From Zancudomyces culisetae HAW-14-8 (Eukaryota; Fungi; Kickxellomycota), in the NCBI GenBank assembly GCA_052426225.1, contig JBNJNM010000010.1, positions 620,001 through 684,000 on the forward strand: a stretch of DNA of 64,000 bases, read 5' to 3'. Both the position numbers and the translations under genes were made by a program. The notes under the pieces are model-generated. The model ran no database searches. It had not been told where the DNA came from and worked only from the letters and a program-made list of their open reading frames with translations. Of the stretch, positions 13,701-24,395 are shown one piece after another; position 1 is the first letter of the stretch; every line of letters starts with the position of its first letter.

Positions 13701-15790
13701 GAATAAGCGCTGAGATTCAATTATTTCAAAGCCAATAAGAAGATTCTAAGCCCCATTTGTTATTTTAATTTCTTTTTTTCCAAAGTATACGCATTATACC
13801 TCCATGAGTGTAACGAAAGCCGATTTCTAGTGTTATTATTGAATGTCACAAACGTTGTTGGCTAAATAAAGCTGTGTGTTTACAATAAATTATAATTATT
13901 TCTAGTACTGCTAGTTTGGGTTCTTGTATTTACTGAATCTGCTAGCATAGACTTTGATGAATTAAATTATTTTTTGGGCTTTACTTAGTTTTACCTTCTT
14001 TTTTGTTGTTTCTTGTGATTAGTTGGTGCTGGGTATCCAAGCTACTTATTATTTTTATCTCAATTTCCAAAAAGGCGAGCCAAAACGCAAACTATACAGC
14101 ATCTAGTTGATAGCAGAGTTGTTTTGGATTCATGCCATTTACTCACTCAGTTCTAGGAAGCTAAAGGGCGTAATACACATTATTCTCATGTATTGTAATT
14201 ATTGAAGAAACTTGTTTTCCTATTTAATTAACAACTTATTAAAAATGGGGTTTTAAATGAAATTGATTAGCAGCATAATTTATAATTGTATCATTATACA
14301 AATTGCAGATGGTGTAACATTAATGGAGCCGAATAGTTATGAGTTACCAATTAACATATACCAAACCAATTGTCCTATACACAGCAGCCAATACCCTCAA
14401 AAAAAAACTCTACAATCCCAGCTGAATTATAGAATTAAAATCTGTACCGCCATTAGGTTTTCAGGTGCCTGGATAACAGATTACAAGGCTACTTCAATAG
14501 GTCTTTTTCTGTAATCCATTCATCTTTGGCTTAATAGGGTCATTGTTGGCAGCGATGGTGATATGCTAGGGTTATACTTAAAATTAAAACATGAAAGGTT
14601 ATTTTTGGATAAGGAGTATGAGCACCTTACAGAGGAAAGTAAAAATTGATTCATTTTTTATATACTTATTATTTACAAAAAATGAATAAATTAAACGACT
14701 ATCGATAAAAAAAGAGTACCAAGCAAGTACCTCAAATTTTTATATAGGTATATATTTATTGATGATTTTGTAATTATTGAAACATAATATTGAGAGGACT
14801 CTCTAATCTGAGAAAAAAGTTTGAGGATATAAATAGGATTTGCGTTTTGCATGAGCAACTTTGAAAACCCAGCATCAATAAAATCATCCTTTCTAGTAAC
14901 GATTGAAGCCTTATTAGATCAAACTAGAATTTTCATTAAGGATAGTTGCTTTTTGCCAACTACATCTGTGAATTTTTAAGTCCAATAGTCGACAAAAGCT
15001 TAGCAATCTTATAAGTACCTGTGAAAAAAAATACTAATTCTGGCTTTATGTTTTAGCACAAAGGTGTGGGAGGGGGTGTAGAGTAGTATTACCAATTTCA
15101 ATATGTTGGTTTTTTCTTTTCTATAGCTAGCATTCCTTGAAAAGAAATTGCGTTAATAAGAGGGAATATTCATAGGTTGCTGTAAAGAAATTTTTTGAGA
15201 TAAAAAAATGAAAATAGACGTTAAATAAATACAGGCTAAATTTTGGTAGAAAACGATCCAATTAAATATAAAATCAGTGGACTAAATCGATCCATTAAAG
15301 CGATACAATTATGTAAAAAAAAGAGGAGAAAGAATCAATATTTCCCTAATAAGTGGTATGAGGTATGCAAACAACAATAACAATTGTTAAAAAAAGGACC
15401 ATGACTTCATCTTTATTACTTTAATTTCAGCGGGAAAAAGTTGATACATTTACAGGTTTGTAAGACAAGGTCAAATGTCTTTGCTAGTTAGTACATAATA
15501 TAGTAAAGTCGGCAGTATTAGATGACCTAATAGCGTCGAAAAAAGAAGTAACAAACAAAGCTTGGTAACAGGGTAAGAACTCAAGCACCGCTATACTTTG
15601 CTCTGATAAAATTATTTTTGTAGACGCACCAAAGATTCTTTTTGACGTTGAGGTGGAGATACTATATCGGTAAAAGTGAATTGGAGGATCGGATTTTAAA
15701 GTCAAATCATTTACGTGGAGGGATAGTAAACAAAAATAAATAAATAAATAAATAATTCCAAGTATCAGGGGTGACAGTCAGATAAAACAC

Positions 15791-18700
15791 ATGAACATTC
15801 AGACTAGCAAAAATGTTGCTTACACCACAAACGAGCTTGAGCTATCAGCCAAGAAAAAGGCGAAGAACAACATACTTGGAACAAAACTCAATAAGCTCTT
15901 TACACTAAAATCACATAAGAGTCCAAAAGGGAGGCCATGGGTAATTGAGGTCGATGTACCACTATCTCCCTCCTACGAATTTGTAACTCTTTCTCCTAGG
16001 GAAGTTACAAGAAATAAGAATAGCCTTACAGAGGATACAAGCGAGTCTAGAATTTTTGAATCTTTTTTGGAGTCTTCAAGGAAAACTGAAAGCGAAGGCG
16101 ATGAAAATTTAAGTATAGATTTATCCGACGTACTCAATTCCAAAAATAGCTTAGTTGAGGGTGGTGACCAGGCTTGGAGGGCTAGAAAAGAGTTTCAAAA
16201 CGACCAATCTCTTGAATATAATTTTACAGAACCAGATTCCATTGAGAGGTCTGGTGATAAAAAAGCGATTATCAACGAGCATATTTCAGAATATAGCAAA
16301 AGCGAATCTTCTCATTACTCCAAATCAATAACCACTCCAAAAACCGCTAATGGGATGACCGAAGGTGTTCAAACAGACAACTACAGCCCATATGGGTCAG
16401 ACGAACCATATTCTCCTACACCACAACGAATAAAATTTCATATCCGGTCACCGTCCAGTATAACAGATAATTATGAAGTTTTAGATCAAAGCCATACGTC
16501 TGGAGCTATTCCAAGATATTTTTATTCCCAAAAGGTAGAAAATATGGCAGTTTTTCTTCCTAACGAGCCCCAGCAAAATAAAGGAGCGTCACCTAAGCTG
16601 AAAATAAAAAACTTTAGAAACAAAGGGAACACTTCACCCGCCTTTAGTGCTCAAGATCCGACGTTTAGTGGAGCAAATAGAAGGATGTCTGAATCTACCA
16701 CAGGGTTGGATTTAAGCGGAGAAAAATCCTTGGTAGGTAGCTCCAATCTGGTAAAGTATGAGAAGAAGGTAGCCAACGAGGATTATGCGAAAGATTTCAA
16801 CTACAGCTGCCCCGCTACAAATGTTTATACGATTACGAAAGATGAGGTATCTGAAAGGTCAAGCGAGTATTTAGACGGTACTTTTACCAATGACCAGAGC
16901 AAAAAGTTTATATTAAATCTCGATGAAATGGTACTGTTGACGCCTACAGAGCTATCCGGAAGAAAAGAAAAAGTAAATAGAAAACACGTCGTAATTCAAA
17001 ACAGCAAAGATATTGAGATACTCGTGGATGAAAGAGGTATTAGCGCACTAGAAAACCTCAAGGATCTCGCAGACGAGCGTAGCTATACTGACGTGTTTAC
17101 TGTCGGAGAAAGCAGTCTCGATGGTGGGGGTAATGACAATGCTAATAAGCACTGTTCACCGATACAAAAACACATAGGATTTAATTCTTCACTTCCGTAT
17201 AACATGAGTTCAGCTAAAAGTGCGCCATGTAGCGTTGAGAAAGATCAAGCGGATGCAAAATATGTTAGACTTGTTACATCTGATAAATCAATTGGGAAAT
17301 CATATGACAGCAAAGTTAAGCAGATGGCAAAGGAATATATGCATAATATAGGAAAAATTAACCAACATTTAGGTCAAGTTACCGATTCAAAACCCCCACC
17401 GGAAAGTCTCAAGGTGTCTAACAAGAAAAAAAAAGAAGCATCTCCCGTAAATGTAACATATAGAGATAATGTCTTTTTCAAAACTGTATCACAAAATACA
17501 TATGAGGCAACGGTTGTGGGCACAGGAACAGGGGCTAAAGCGTTTTATAACAATATCAGTACGCTATCAGAAACAGAAAAGAGCTATGCCATAGATCTGC
17601 ATAGCCACGGTGCCGGCAAAACAGAAAATGCATTGCATGTTGATGGCGAAGAGGTTGGTACTTACCGTAAACGGGCTACACTGGTTGAAGAGGAATTTTT
17701 ATCAAAATTTGTTTGCCCAAATGTGAGCAGCGTCAAAGTTGATCCACAATATTGTAAAAAAGGTGACAAATTAAATATTGATACTGCAATTACCAATATC
17801 GTCACTAAAAGCGATGTTAATATTGGTACACATCCTTGGTACACTGGGATGCGCAGTCGAGACAACACTAGAAAAATAGTAGATGTATTGAATCCAGATT
17901 TTTTCGGGGAGAGAGGGGATATTAAACAACCTATTTCAAATATGTACTTCTCGAAAAACACAAGCATATCGAAATCTGAAGATCAAAGTAAAAATCCTAG
18001 TGTGAAAATTACAGATAAACCATTATTTGGTACCATTAGAGATTCTTGTATTAGTAAAATTGGAAGTGAGAAAATATATGATATCAACAATGCTAAATAT
18101 AGCGAATCAAAAGGAATCCCCTTTAGCGATGATACCACTTTTAATTCAAGAAATAAACTGAAAGCGAATAGCTCATGCCCGGAATTCCTACTAGCTAAAT
18201 TTGAAAAACTTGCTATAAACATTAGCTCACAAAAGCCTACCACCAAAAAAGAGCTCGAGTACACCCAAAGAAATACTAGAGGTTCTGACGAATACAATGA
18301 TGAAGCAGATGATTATGATGAGGGATACAACAAAACTGAATTCAAAGATTTATCAAATGGGAGTAGACTTCTTGAAATGGATCCAACACTATGTGAATTG
18401 GATCACACACCACGGATATTTCCTCCAAGATCACTAAAATTAACTGAGCACAGCCCAAAAAAGCAAAGTGACGCATTGAACTCCAGCGAATCTCGTTCGG
18501 GAGTCAAGAAATTACACTTTTTAGATTCTTTAAAAGAGTTTGAGCCATCAAAAGACATGGATATACATGGAAATAATTCAGAATTTGATTCACAAAGCAC
18601 CGACACAAAAAGCTCTGTCTATCTACAGAAAAGTAGTTATTCAGGACTAAATGCGTATGGTAGTGGGTCACTGCTAAATCAATATAATGGCCATGGGTCC

Positions 18701-20248
18701 AAATATAGTTTGGTTAAAACCAGTGGCACATACAGCAACCCAGGATATATCCAATCTGCCGAAATGGTAAGCAGTAAGCGAGCTCCTTTACCCACCCTTC
18801 CGTATTTGAGTTCTGCAGTGTCTTTTCCCACACAAAATGTAAATACGCACATGATAGTAGACGAAACAAACGAGTCACATTTTAGCAATGCTCCTACAGA
18901 TCTAAGTCTAGAATTTCAGCCATTGAAATATGACCATCATCTTGTGGTAGACAGGCTCAATTCTACACGCACAGAAGTGTCATTTAACTACGAAATCGAA
19001 CATGCCTTTCAAAGTTCAAGTATAATGGGAAAGTCTCTGATACAGCGCAAAATATTTAAATTTTATATGCGGCCAATAGTTGTAAACATACCTCATTGGA
19101 TTGAGATCAGAATACCACGAGTTTATTTGAAACTACAATATATTTCAAGTTTTAGCTTCATTACGACTGTCAAGCTTTGGGTAAATGAAAATCGACCACT
19201 TTTTAATCCTTATAGGTTTACTCGTTGTTTCGAATCGATTTTACTTAGCGGAAGCTGGCTAAAAAAAATGCCATTAGTGAAAAGAGTGGAGATGGTCAAC
19301 GTTGGGTTAACCAGAATTCCTATAAGCCTGGGCAGAGCCTCGCAGTTAAAATATTTGAACCTTTCCAGAAATTGGATTACGGAGATTGAATGTGAATTTG
19401 ACTTTCCACCCAACCTGAAGTTTATCAACATATCAGATAATCCACTATCCAAAGCTGCGGTTTTGTTTTTAATGAATTGTAACATCAATAATATGTATGT
19501 ATACTTTGGAAATGAGGATCGAGTTCTTGATACAATGTTGCGATCTTCCACTACTAGAAGGTTCACCAACAATGAAGATGTAAGACTGGCTAGTCTCGGT
19601 TCACGATCTAAAAACCTTTCATCAAAAACATTTGATTCAGCTTTAAGAGTTGGTGAAATGTTAAGTGGTGATGAGTACAATGCCCTCTTGCCCAATAGCT
19701 CAAAACTTTACAGATACTACGAAAGGTCAAGGAGGCATAGAGAAAGAGTTCTGTCAAAGGCAGAGTTGCTAGCGAGCCTGGACCACGTCCACAAAGATTT
19801 TACCGACAATTATCCTAGCCTTTCAATTGGAGATACACCAGACCGCATTGTTAGAAATGCTGAAAGCCAAGACTCCCTCATTGAGTCCTTCCCGCTTCCA
19901 TGTAACTTTTTCACTACTCCAATACTTGATAATGAGCACTACCTAAAAATTAAGCTTGTTGAAAGATTACGACGTACTTTGGAGACACGTTTGAAATCAC
20001 ATATATCAAATATGAAAACGCATTACTCCTTTTCTGCTTATGAAAAATATGCAAACAAAGTTTCAATGCTGTCTAAGATTTACCTCGATTTGATTTACGA
20101 AATTTCTAGTTCTCACAACTTCTTTAAGAAAAACAGTATTTTGATACAAAGGTGTCGGACTGGAAGTAATTTGCGAATTGACAGAACAACATCACCTAAA
20201 TTGAATGCAGATGCGGTCCATTCGTATTCTTTTGGAAAACACGTTTAA
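15791..20248 (+). CDS. Large protein: long Ser/Lys/Asn-rich, probably disordered N-terminus and C-terminal leucine-rich repeats
   Basis: 1485-aa uninterrupted ORF; LTRIPISLGRASQLKYLNLSRNWI and LKFINISDNPL fit LxxLxLxxN. Confidence 0.8.
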   Translation: MNIQTSKNVAYTTNELELSAKKKAKNNILGTKLNKLFTLKSHKSPKGRPWVIEVDVPLSPSYEFVTLSPREVTRNKNSLTEDTSESRIFESFLESSRKTESEGDENLSIDLSDVLNSKNSLVEGGDQAWRARKEFQNDQSLEYNFTEPDSIERSGDKKAIINEHISEYSKSESSHYSKSITTPKTANGMTEGVQTDNYSPYGSDEPYSPTPQRIKFHIRSPSSITDNYEVLDQSHTSGAIPRYFYSQKVENMAVFLPNEPQQNKGASPKLKIKNFRNKGNTSPAFSAQDPTFSGANRRMSESTTGLDLSGEKSLVGSSNLVKYEKKVANEDYAKDFNYSCPATNVYTITKDEVSERSSEYLDGTFTNDQSKKFILNLDEMVLLTPTELSGRKEKVNRKHVVIQNSKDIEILVDERGISALENLKDLADERSYTDVFTVGESSLDGGGNDNANKHCSPIQKHIGFNSSLPYNMSSAKSAPCSVEKDQADAKYVRLVTSDKSIGKSYDSKVKQMAKEYMHNIGKINQHLGQVTDSKPPPESLKVSNKKKKEASPVNVTYRDNVFFKTVSQNTYEATVVGTGTGAKAFYNNISTLSETEKSYAIDLHSHGAGKTENALHVDGEEVGTYRKRATLVEEEFLSKFVCPNVSSVKVDPQYCKKGDKLNIDTAITNIVTKSDVNIGTHPWYTGMRSRDNTRKIVDVLNPDFFGERGDIKQPISNMYFSKNTSISKSEDQSKNPSVKITDKPLFGTIRDSCISKIGSEKIYDINNAKYSESKGIPFSDDTTFNSRNKLKANSSCPEFLLAKFEKLAINISSQKPTTKKELEYTQRNTRGSDEYNDEADDYDEGYNKTEFKDLSNGSRLLEMDPTLCELDHTPRIFPPRSLKLTEHSPKKQSDALNSSESRSGVKKLHFLDSLKEFEPSKDMDIHGNNSEFDSQSTDTKSSVYLQKSSYSGLNAYGSGSLLNQYNGHGSKYSLVKTSGTYSNPGYIQSAEMVSSKRAPLPTLPYLSSAVSFPTQNVNTHMIVDETNESHFSNAPTDLSLEFQPLKYDHHLVVDRLNSTRTEVSFNYEIEHAFQSSSIMGKSLIQRKIFKFYMRPIVVNIPHWIEIRIPRVYLKLQYISSFSFITTVKLWVNENRPLFNPYRFTRCFESILLSGSWLKKMPLVKRVEMVNVGLTRIPISLGRASQLKYLNLSRNWITEIECEFDFPPNLKFINISDNPLSKAAVLFLMNCNINNMYVYFGNEDRVLDTMLRSSTTRRFTNNEDVRLASLGSRSKNLSSKTFDSALRVGEMLSGDEYNALLPNSSKLYRYYERSRRHRERVLSKAELLASLDHVHKDFTDNYPSLSIGDTPDRIVRNAESQDSLIESFPLPCNFFTTPILDNEHYLKIKLVERLRRTLETRLKSHISNMKTHYSFSAYEKYANKVSMLSKIYLDLIYEISSSHNFFKKNSILIQRCRTGSNLRIDRTTSPKLNADAVHSYSFGKHV

Positions 20249-22889
20249 CAGCGTAATATTTAGGTTTATAAATATTTTTATTCACATTGTCTTATTTCAC
20301 CGCTAACGTCAGTTTCTTTATTTATTATGTCAGTGTAAATTTAGCTCGGCTATCATATTGTTTGATGATTTATATTAATTTAAAAGTATTAAATAAAGTT
20401 ATCTACCTACTACTCTACAAATTTATTATCTAATGTTAAATATAGTTTAGCTTAAATAAATGATCTTGAAAATTAGCATAGTTTTCCTTTGGGAAATGAA
20501 GCTTCAAGAAATAGTGTATAATATTAACACTGATATTTTATTTAACGTGATGAGTTGAAAGAAAAAGCACGTTGTAATTGGATCAATGCTCGATTTGGTT
20601 AATTACTGGACTTACGAGTTTGTATTAATGGTATATGAGTGTTTATAAACTATGTTTTGTAAAAAACATTTAATAAATTGACTACTAAGCGATTGTAAAT
20701 GTTTGAAAATTATATTAATGCAAAAAAAGACTCAATCCTATACAGAATCAAGGAGTAAACATAAACCAACATATAGATGGAATAGGTATTTTTAGTTGAA
20801 TCAAGCATCAAACCTTTAAATAATATTGAAATTGAACACTGACAAATAATGCTATAAAATATAAAGTTTTTGTTTTATTATTATTTACAAACATTGATTT
20901 AAGCGTTTCTTTTGAATTAGATAATAAGTTTAGAAGTATTTAATAGTTTTCAAGAACGAGATATGATAAATGACGTTTATAACTGCTACTGGACAGGTTA
21001 AGTAATGGAATTCAATACCATGTTATTAAAACAGATATCGGTGTTAATCATTTTGAAATGTTTTCTTTCACTTCATTTCCATTTCCCTTACTATATTTAT
21101 ATGAGTAATCATATTTCATTCTCATTAACTCTTTTATTTGTTCTAAACGTGGTAGTAATTTGAAACTGTCCTTTCTTCAACTACATAGCTAAAATTGAGA
21201 TACTTTTTATAGTCAGTTTACATTAACTTCTAACAATGATTTAAAATATATTAATGGCTATGTTGTTCACCCAATGTAGAATATAAAAATTGAAGGTCAA
21301 ATCTTCCAAATTATCCGTGTATGGTCAGGTAAGTGCTGTGCTGTATTCGAAATGTTAAAGAGTCTCACTACATGACTCAACATTACACCAATTAATTTCT
21401 TTTAGGTGATTAAAAAATATCATAATACTTGTTTTACAATTGAGTTTTTTAAAGTAATATAAATAATATACAAGAGAAAATTTAGTCGAATAAAGTGCCT
21501 GCAAATAAATTAAACTATAATTTATTATTCAGAATATCAGTTTAAATACTAATATATAAATTATAGTATAAAATAGTTTTTAAATTAAAGAGTACAAAAA
21601 TGATACCAATATTAATTATGTGAGCTATAACATAACAATTTACATTAAAATAATAGAAAGATAGTAGAAATGATAATATGGTTATGTTGTTTAGCAAAGT
21701 ATCAATTTTTATATATAAATAGAATAGAGTGTCATATAATACATTTATAACATAAAATTAAAATACAAATTTCAATAAAAAGAGTTAAAAGATATAATCA
21801 ATAATAACAAAAAGAATTTTAAGGACGCTAAAATAATATATTAAAGTCATTTTTAAATTGAGGGTAACGATTATTGATTAGTAGTAGTCTATGGTTATAA
21901 AGATAAGTTTTTCATATAATAATACTATTTAAACTTAAATTGCTGATCAAATCGTGAATAAACTATATTTAAAAATTATATATCTTAATGATATTAATCA
22001 ATGAAAAATATAAAAACTGTCGGAAATTGAAGGTTAATAGTATAAACAGATAATATCACATTCAATAAAATAGTTTTATTATTGATGAATATCCAAAAAC
22101 ACATTTATTATAGATATAAAAAATATTCAAAATCATTAATGTAGAAATATTAATAACATATTAGTGTTCAAAAAAGGTTAACATCAAAAATATCCATCTT
22201 TAAGGACTATAAAAATTTAGTAAAAAGCGAAAAAACTATATAAATATAATAATAGTATATTAATTAATAAACTCCTGAAAGAAAATAGTCGAAATAAGCG
22301 ACTTTAGCATAGTTGAATTAGTAAAGTAAAATATTTAAATATTTAATGAAGCTTGGTAAACAATAAGTAGTACAAAATAATAATTAAAAATAATGGTAAA
22401 CGATGTTAGAATATAAAAGAGTAAAATTTATTAAACGCAATATGATTTAGGAACATATATGGCGAGGCTAGAATAAACCATATATTTAATTAATCGAATT
22501 TTAATACTGTTTTTTCGTAAGTTAATGATATATATAAAAACATTTTTACGAAAATATAAAAATTAAACAAAGAAATAAATGTTTTAATTATCTATCCGAA
22601 TACTCTAATAGTATAAAATTCATAGTAAAAAATACTCAATAATACTTATGTAAATAAAATTACAAATATTTTAAATTTTGATAAAATTACGTAGTGCGAC
22701 ATATATACTCAAACATTATGTAAATCAAGAAATATGTGCATGGAACCGAGAAAACTAAATAGATTGATAAAAAAAAGATAGAATGGATAAAATGAATATT
22801 TAAAGTAAATAATAATATTTCTTTAAGAATAAATCTACAAAAACATATTTTAACTACATACATAAAAAAAATATTAATTGTGTTCCTAG

Positions 22890-23106
22890 TGTCGGACGTG
22901 ACCGGACGGGTCACGCTCCTTGGCAGGGTTTCTCACTGATAAAAACTCCTGCTTAACTATTTCTCCTAGCTCATGGAAAGGATTCCGTGACTGTTCAGGT
23001 TATATATCCAAATTATATAATCCTGAACGGTCACTGTCGGTAGAATAGCGTCTCTCATCCTTGAACCGTTGGATGATGGCTAATGGTGTAGCTGCATTTG
23101 ACCTGA
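22890..23106. ncRNA. Candidate structured RNA of unknown family
   Basis: GC-richer island in very AT-rich DNA with 4-5 consecutive hairpins; no convincing ORF. Confidence 0.4.
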
Positions 23107-24241
23107 AATTGAGATTTTAGTAACGTTTTAAATGTCTTATTATATTTTGATAGCCTTAGCACCAATAAACATTATAATTAAGTAACCATTTTAAAACGAA
23201 TATTTTGTTTTTCAACTGTTTTCTTAATATTCTTTAATTTGTATCTTAAAAACTACTAAAAATGCCAAGAAATCCTCATTGAGTCTTCCTTTGTTTATAA
23301 TTGACTATTTCAACAAAACTATTAATAGCTATATTTAATTAACCTATTTCGGATTCTTGTTTTATTGTGTTCTTGCCTGTGGTTTCTTTTTTACATCGAT
23401 ATTCATTTTCTTAAAGTTTTATACTCAATTACTGATTTACTAAAAAAATAATCATTTTTAATTGTATTTTGTATTATATTTGATAATTTTTCTGTTATGA
23501 TTCGATTTTTAAATTCAATAAATATTAGTTTTATAACTATTGATTGAAGTCTAGTTTAAATTTTAGTTGTATTTATTTGAAATATTTAATATTTAATTGT
23601 TTTCTTTGAGTCTTGAAAGACATACAGGTACACAAGATATCCTCCAAAATAAAAAACAAATATACTAACTACCAGTATCGTTAAAATTTATAAAACTGAT
23701 ACAGATATAACTGGCATAGTCAGTACTATACCAAACCAATAAATTGCTTAAATAACAAACCAACATATAAATTTTGTATATAAAGGCGACATTAATTTTT
23801 GTTATCGAATCAATTGTATTAATTAGTGAGATAAAACTACAAATAAGCGCATGTAGGTTCAAAGGTAAAAAACGACATATTAAAGTAATAGCAGAGCGAG
23901 TGCAAATAAAAAAACAAGGAATAGCGAAAAGCGATACCCTTAGCCTTTCTTATAAGATTATAATTAATATACGGTATAATATACTTATTAGTTACAGCTA
24001 ATAATTAATAATAATATAGTAAACTTTGTGATATCATTGGCAGAAACTTAATAATAGATATAATATTCTTATTACAGCATACAGAAAAAGTATTTGATCA
24101 GAAAATGAGTATATATGACATTATCAGTGCTATACCAGTCCTTGCCATCACATTTGCTGATAAATTATAGGTAGATTATACAAACATAATATCTGTATAA
24201 CATAAGTACACACTGTAAAAAAACTAAAATAAAATACAAAA

Positions 24242-24314
24242 AGCCCAACGCGGGGGTCGAACCCGCAACCTTGAGATTAAGAGTCTCACGCTCTACCGAT
24301 TGAGCTAGCCGGGC
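24242..24314 (-). tRNA. tRNA-Lys(CTT)
   Basis: GCCCGGCTAGCTCAATCGGTAGAGCGTGAGACT-CTT-AATCTCAAGGTTGCGGGTTCGACCCCCGCGTTGGGCT folds as a cloverleaf and is followed by T-runs. Confidence 0.97.
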
Positions 24315-24316
24315 AA

Positions 24317-24388
24317 TGGAGAATGCGAGGATCGAACACGCGGCCTCTCGCATGCAAAGCGAGCGCTCTACCACTGAGCTAATTCCCC
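24317..24388 (-). tRNA. tRNA-Ala(TGC)
   Basis: GGGGAATTAGCTCAGTGGTAGAGCGCTCGCTT-TGC-ATGCGAG...TTCGATC...ATTCTCCA; G3:U70 Ala identity pair; one U-U mismatch in the T-stem. Confidence 0.95.
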
Positions 24389-24395
24389 TTATGTC

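Noticed and set aside
10796-15705. Short ORFs between acyl-CoA oxidase and the LRR gene
   Set aside because: No recognisable motifs; composition typical of intergenic DNA.
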